Positions 60,597 to 64,000 of a stretch of 64,000 nt of DNA are shown here, piece by piece. Below the pieces are notes generated by a model. The model was given only the letters and a program-made list of their open reading frames with translations. It searched no databases and was not told the origin of the DNA. Both the position numbers and the translations under genes were made by a program. Source of the DNA: Vicinamibacteria bacterium (GTDB taxonomy: Bacteria; Acidobacteriota; Vicinamibacteria; Marinacidobacterales; Marinacidobacteraceae); assembly GCA_965199715.1 (NCBI GenBank), contig OZ241322.1:1632001-1696000 (forward strand), in the 5' to 3' direction. Numbering within the stretch: the stretch's first letter is position 1; every line of letters starts with the position of its first letter.

Positions 60597-61873
60597 GGGG
60601 CGTCTCCAACTCCGGGAACGCGGGTTCCGATGGCGCGTTCGAGCGCCGTCAGGGCGATGTGGAAATCCGACAGGTAGCGGGCGCGCATGGTCCGCACGCC
60701 AATGAGCGCCCGCTCGCTCTCGAGAAGCTCCAGCACGCCCAGCTCGCCGGTTCCATACGCGAGCTCGGTGGCGCGAAGCGCTTCCTCCGTCTGCGGGATC
60801 AGCACGTTGTCGAGCAGGTCGAGTTGCCTCCCGAGGGTCTCGAGGAGGACGCTCGCCTCCTCGATGTCCCGGTCCATCGCGTTCAAGACGGCGGCCCGTC
60901 CCTCGTTGTGGGCCATGAGTTCGTGGCTCGCCTCCTCGATGCGGGCGCGTCGCCCGGCGTTCCAGAACGGCAGCGACACGCCGACCGAGAGCGTCAGCGC
61001 GTTCTTGCCGGCGTCCGGCGGCGCGAGGGCGTCCTCCCGGCGCGCGACGTTCATGACCCCGAGGCTGGCGGTGAAGCCGGGGCGGGAGTCGAGTCGCGCC
61101 AGGTCCACCGACCGGCGGCCGCCCTCGATGCGCGCGCTCGCGGCGCGCAACTCGGCGCGATGCGTCTCGCCGAGCCGGCGCAGGCGTTCGGGGTCGAGCT
61201 CCAGCGAGGGGCGCGACAGCCGGGGCGCCGGGGGCGCCGGTTCGCCGGCCGGACGGTCGGCCAGCGCGTTCAACCGGGCGGCGAGGATCCCGCGCTGCCG
61301 CTCGATCCGGTGCCGACGGTCCACCACGGCGCTGATTTCGGCCTGCAGGCGGATCACCGCTTGCTGGAGGCCCTGCCCGGTGGAGTACCGCGCCCGGGCC
61401 AGCGATTCGTAGTGCTCGAGCAGCGACCGCTCCTCGGCGGCGAGGCCGAGGGTGGCGTCGAGGTAGGCGATCTCGTACCAGGCCTCCTTGACGTCGCGCA
61501 CGACATCCCGGCGGGCCGCCTCGTAGGCGTGGCGCAGCGCCGTGACTTCCAGCACCGCGACCCGGCGCCGGGCGTCCCGGGTTCCGAACCACGGGAAGGA
61601 CTGGCTGAGCGAGATCGCGTTTTGTTGGGGACCGACCCGCGTCTCCACGCTGCGAAGGGCCTGGGTGACGCTCACCACCGGGTCGGGCAGGGCCTCGGCC
61701 TGCGGCGCGCGCTGGCGGGCGGCTTCGATCCGCGCCCGCGATACGGACAGCGCCGGGTTGTTCGCGAGCGCCGCGTCCACGAGCGCTCGCAATTCGCGCG
61801 CGGCGCGATAGTCAGGCGGCTCGGCCGCGACGATCAGGCTCGCCGCGACGAGCGCGGCAACGGAGCTTCCCAT
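60593..61873 (-). CDS. TolC-family outer membrane factor (CusC-like)
   Basis: ALANNP, LPDP, SQSFPWFG, VSLPFW; first of the CBA triad. Confidence 0.9.
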   Translation of the reverse strand: MGSSVAALVAASLIVAAEPPDYRAARELRALVDAALANNPALSVSRARIEAARQRAPQAEALPDPVVSVTQALRSVETRVGPQQNAISLSQSFPWFGTRDARRRVAVLEVTALRHAYEAARRDVVRDVKEAWYEIAYLDATLGLAAEERSLLEHYESLARARYSTGQGLQQAVIRLQAEISAVVDRRHRIERQRGILAARLNALADRPAGEPAPPAPRLSRPSLELDPERLRRLGETHRAELRAASARIEGGRRSVDLARLDSRPGFTASLGVMNVARREDALAPPDAGKNALTLSVGVSLPFWNAGRRARIEEASHELMAHNEGRAAVLNAMDRDIEEASVLLETLGRQLDLLDNVLIPQTEEALRATELAYGTGELGVLELLESERALIGVRTMRARYLSDFHIALTALERAIGTRVPGVGDAP

Positions 61874-61936
61874 GCTGGCGTCCCTGGTCCCGGAAGGGCT
61901 CCCCTCGCGAGGAGAAAACGGATCGGACCGAAACGG

Positions 61937-62254
61937 TCAGATCCGCCAAGACGCGTTGCGGAGGAACAGCGGCGGCGAGGCGCGCGGGGGCTGCGGGCTC
62001 CCGAGCTCGCGCGGCGCGGCGGACGCCCGGGGCGCGAGGTCCAACGCGAACCACGCGAGCGGGGCGTGCATCTCCGCGTCCGCCTTCGCCGACGCCACGG
62101 CGCTGGCGCAGCAGGCGAGCGCGGTCGCGTCGTCGTGCTCGGCGGGGGCGTCGTGGCAGCTTGCGGCGGCCGGCAGGACCGCGGCGACCGCCATGAGCGG
62201 GCAGAGCACGAGCGCCGCCGACAGGCCGAAGGTCACGGCGCGCCGCGGTTCCAT
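61937..62254 (-). CDS. Small Cys/His membrane protein upstream of cusCBA (DUF2946-like)
   Basis: TM segment, SCHDAPAEHDD…CC, PPRASPP tail. Confidence 0.5.
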   Translation of the reverse strand: MEPRRAVTFGLSAALVLCPLMAVAAVLPAAASCHDAPAEHDDATALACCASAVASAKADAEMHAPLAWFALDLAPRASAAPRELGSPQPPRASPPLFLRNASWRI

Positions 62255-62287
62255 CGTCTGGGATTGTGGCGCAACCGCGCCGGGCGC

Positions 62288-63394
62288 TCAACTCGGGGGC
62301 GGGAAGAGCGCGATGAGCTCGGCGGGGCTCATGGCTTCGCGCGTCGCCTCCTCGAGGCTTTCCTCGGCGAAGACCCGCTCGATCGCCGCCGCGAACGCCG
62401 GATCGGCGGCGGGCCGGGCCAGCGCGTAGACGCCGAAGCGGTCCGCGTGGTCGAGGATCCCGTGCGCGTCGGGGACCAGCGCCTCGAACATGAGGGCGCG
62501 CAGCGCGTCGAGCCGGGACAGCTCGCCGTCGAGATACCCGGCGAGGATCGCGAGAACCACGGGTTCGAGCGCCGCCTCGGGAGCCGGCGGCGCGCCGAGG
62601 CGCTCGGCTCGAGCGGCGAGTCCCTCCCAGACCGCGGTGCGCGGGTGGTGGAGCGGAACGATCCCGAGCTCGGCGCGGCCGGTCTCGTGAAAGCGCGCCG
62701 CCGCGAGCTCGGCCTGGAAGTGGTGCGCTCCTTCGTGGCAGATGAGGCGGCGGGCCTCGGGGTTTCCGAGCGGCAGCCCCCGGGGGAGCGATAGAACGCC
62801 GGCCCGGTAGTACGGAGTGGGGCCGATCGGAGCGGCCCGCCATTCGTCGGAGGACATCCAGCGGATTCGCAAGTCGCCGAAGGGCAGGCGGCCCTGGCAG
62901 TGGGTGAGCGCGTCGGCGAGGATCCCGTCGGTCGCCCGGGGAATGCGCTCGCTGCGCCGTCGGACGCGCACCGCCAGCGGCGCGATTCCGGGGAAATTGC
63001 GCTCGACCTCGGCGTGCAGGCGGGCTAGGGTCGCTTCGTCACGCGGCTGTAGCTCGAGGCGCAGCCCGTAGATCAGCCGGAGTTCTTCGGCGACCGGGCG
63101 GGAGCGGCCTCGCAGCCGGTCCACCCGGGCGAGCATGGCCCGCAGGCCGTCCGCGACGCGGCGGCTGCGCGGATCGTCCCCGGCGCGGGCGAGGAGCCGG
63201 GAAGCGCGTCTGCCGATGGTCGGCAGAGCCAGCGGTTCGGCTTTGGGCGGAGGGCCGAAGGCGTGGTCGAGATACAGCGGGTCGCGCTCGCCAAGCGCGA
63301 AGGCGAGTTCGACGTACTCGGCGGCGAGCCGGTCCGGTTCGGGGGGCGCGAGGCAGCCCCCGGCGAGGAGGACGAGCGCCGGGAAGAAGCGCAT
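62288..63394 (-). CDS. Hypothetical lipoprotein with HEXXH-like motif (DUF885/zincin-like)
   Basis: Lipobox AGGC; YVELAFALG, ICHEGAHHFQ, downstream WEGLA. Confidence 0.6.
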   Translation of the reverse strand: MRFFPALVLLAGGCLAPPEPDRLAAEYVELAFALGERDPLYLDHAFGPPPKAEPLALPTIGRRASRLLARAGDDPRSRRVADGLRAMLARVDRLRGRSRPVAEELRLIYGLRLELQPRDEATLARLHAEVERNFPGIAPLAVRVRRRSERIPRATDGILADALTHCQGRLPFGDLRIRWMSSDEWRAAPIGPTPYYRAGVLSLPRGLPLGNPEARRLICHEGAHHFQAELAAARFHETGRAELGIVPLHHPRTAVWEGLAARAERLGAPPAPEAALEPVVLAILAGYLDGELSRLDALRALMFEALVPDAHGILDHADRFGVYALARPAADPAFAAAIERVFAEESLEEATREAMSPAELIALFPPPS

Positions 63395-63471
63395 CCATGG
63401 GAGTTTTCCCCAATTCGGGCGAAAAATGGGGCCGCGTGACTGGAATTCGGTTTTCGCGCGTGTTGATAGTT

Positions 63472-64000
63472 GTGCCGCAGCGCGTCGTTACCCACCGCAC
63501 CGCGAACGGAACCGCCGCCGTCGCCATCCCCGCCCACCTTGCAGCCGGGATCGCTTCCGCAGTCGAGGCGAGCCGGGCCGTGAACACGAGCCGGGCCTAC
63601 GCCGGAGCCTTCCGCCGCTTCCGCCAGTTCGCCGCAGCGCAGGGTCTCCCCGCGATCCCCGCCGCCCCGGAAACCGCCGCCGCCTACCTCGTTTCGCTCG
63701 CCGAAGCGGGCCGGGGAATGGCCACGATCCGAATGGCCGGAGCCGCCATCGCCGCCGCCCACCGCGAAGCGGGCGAGCGTTCCCCGACCGAGAGCGCCCG
63801 AGGGCAACGCACGATGCGGGGCCTCGCACCGCAGGCAGCCGGGATCACCGCGTCGGGCCTCGCCGCGATCCTCGCAACGATGCGAGCCAGCCTCGCCGCC
63901 GCTACGCCGGGAGCCGCCCGGCGGGTCGCTCGGGATTCCGCCCTACTCAGGGTTATGTCCGAGGCGATGCTCCGCCGCTCCGAAGCGTGTTCGCTCCGGT
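63472..64000 (+). CDS. Tyrosine recombinase/integrase, Cre-like, N-terminal part (runs off the window)
   Basis: Manual translation: SRAVNTSRAYAGAFRRF…PAAPETAAAYLVSLAEAG…TIRMAGAAIAAAHR…RDSALLRVMSEAMLRRSEA (SAM-like domain plus first catalytic Arg box). Start approximate. Confidence 0.85.
   Translation, partial: MPQRVVTHRTANGTAAVAIPAHLAAGIASAVEASRAVNTSRAYAGAFRRFRQFAAAQGLPAIPAAPETAAAYLVSLAEAGRGMATIRMAGAAIAAAHREAGERSPTESARGQRTMRGLAPQAAGITASGLAAILATMRASLAAATPGAARRVARDSALLRVMSEAMLRRSEACSLR

Overview
This is a high-GC, gene-dense chromosomal window from a diderm bacterium (LptD, TonB-dependent receptors, TolC). The gene repertoire suggests Acidobacteriota, which is an inference. From left to right it contains: a partial BNR/VPS10 protein, a sigma-54-driven Spy/CpxP/ZraP-like gene, tRNA-Met and tRNA-Leu, and a methyltransferase islet. 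The islet holds a Dam-like MTase and an MTase-Mrr fusion that is split cleanly by a 1218-bp IS5 element with a 4-bp target duplication. Next come an SbnI/SerK-like ParB-fold gene, a LIV-type ABC transporter, a histone-like protein, the futalosine menaquinone cluster (mqnP-ubiX-mqnE-mqnA-mqnC), CNNM-tilS-ftsH-cdaA-cdaR-lepB, and the minus-strand run nfuA-like-lptD-DUF92-UbiA-glyA-dinG-yggS. An accessory block follows: CRTAC1/FG-GAP, TPR, two paralogous Oar-like TonB-dependent receptors each with a near-identical sigma-54 promoter, a 7-heme cytochrome-TPR fusion, vapBC and several antitoxin or defence relics. The window ends with an NHL protein, an APC permease, an AKR-Rid fusion, a MacB-like permease, a cusCBA-type efflux cluster and the start of a Cre-like tyrosine recombinase. 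The most interesting signals are the sigma-54 TBDR pair with its FG-GAP/TPR/multiheme neighbours, a recurring TAnnnT-to-start-codon (leaderless) architecture, and a DUF92-UbiA pair coupled to lptD. All calls come from reading motifs by eye; no searches were run.
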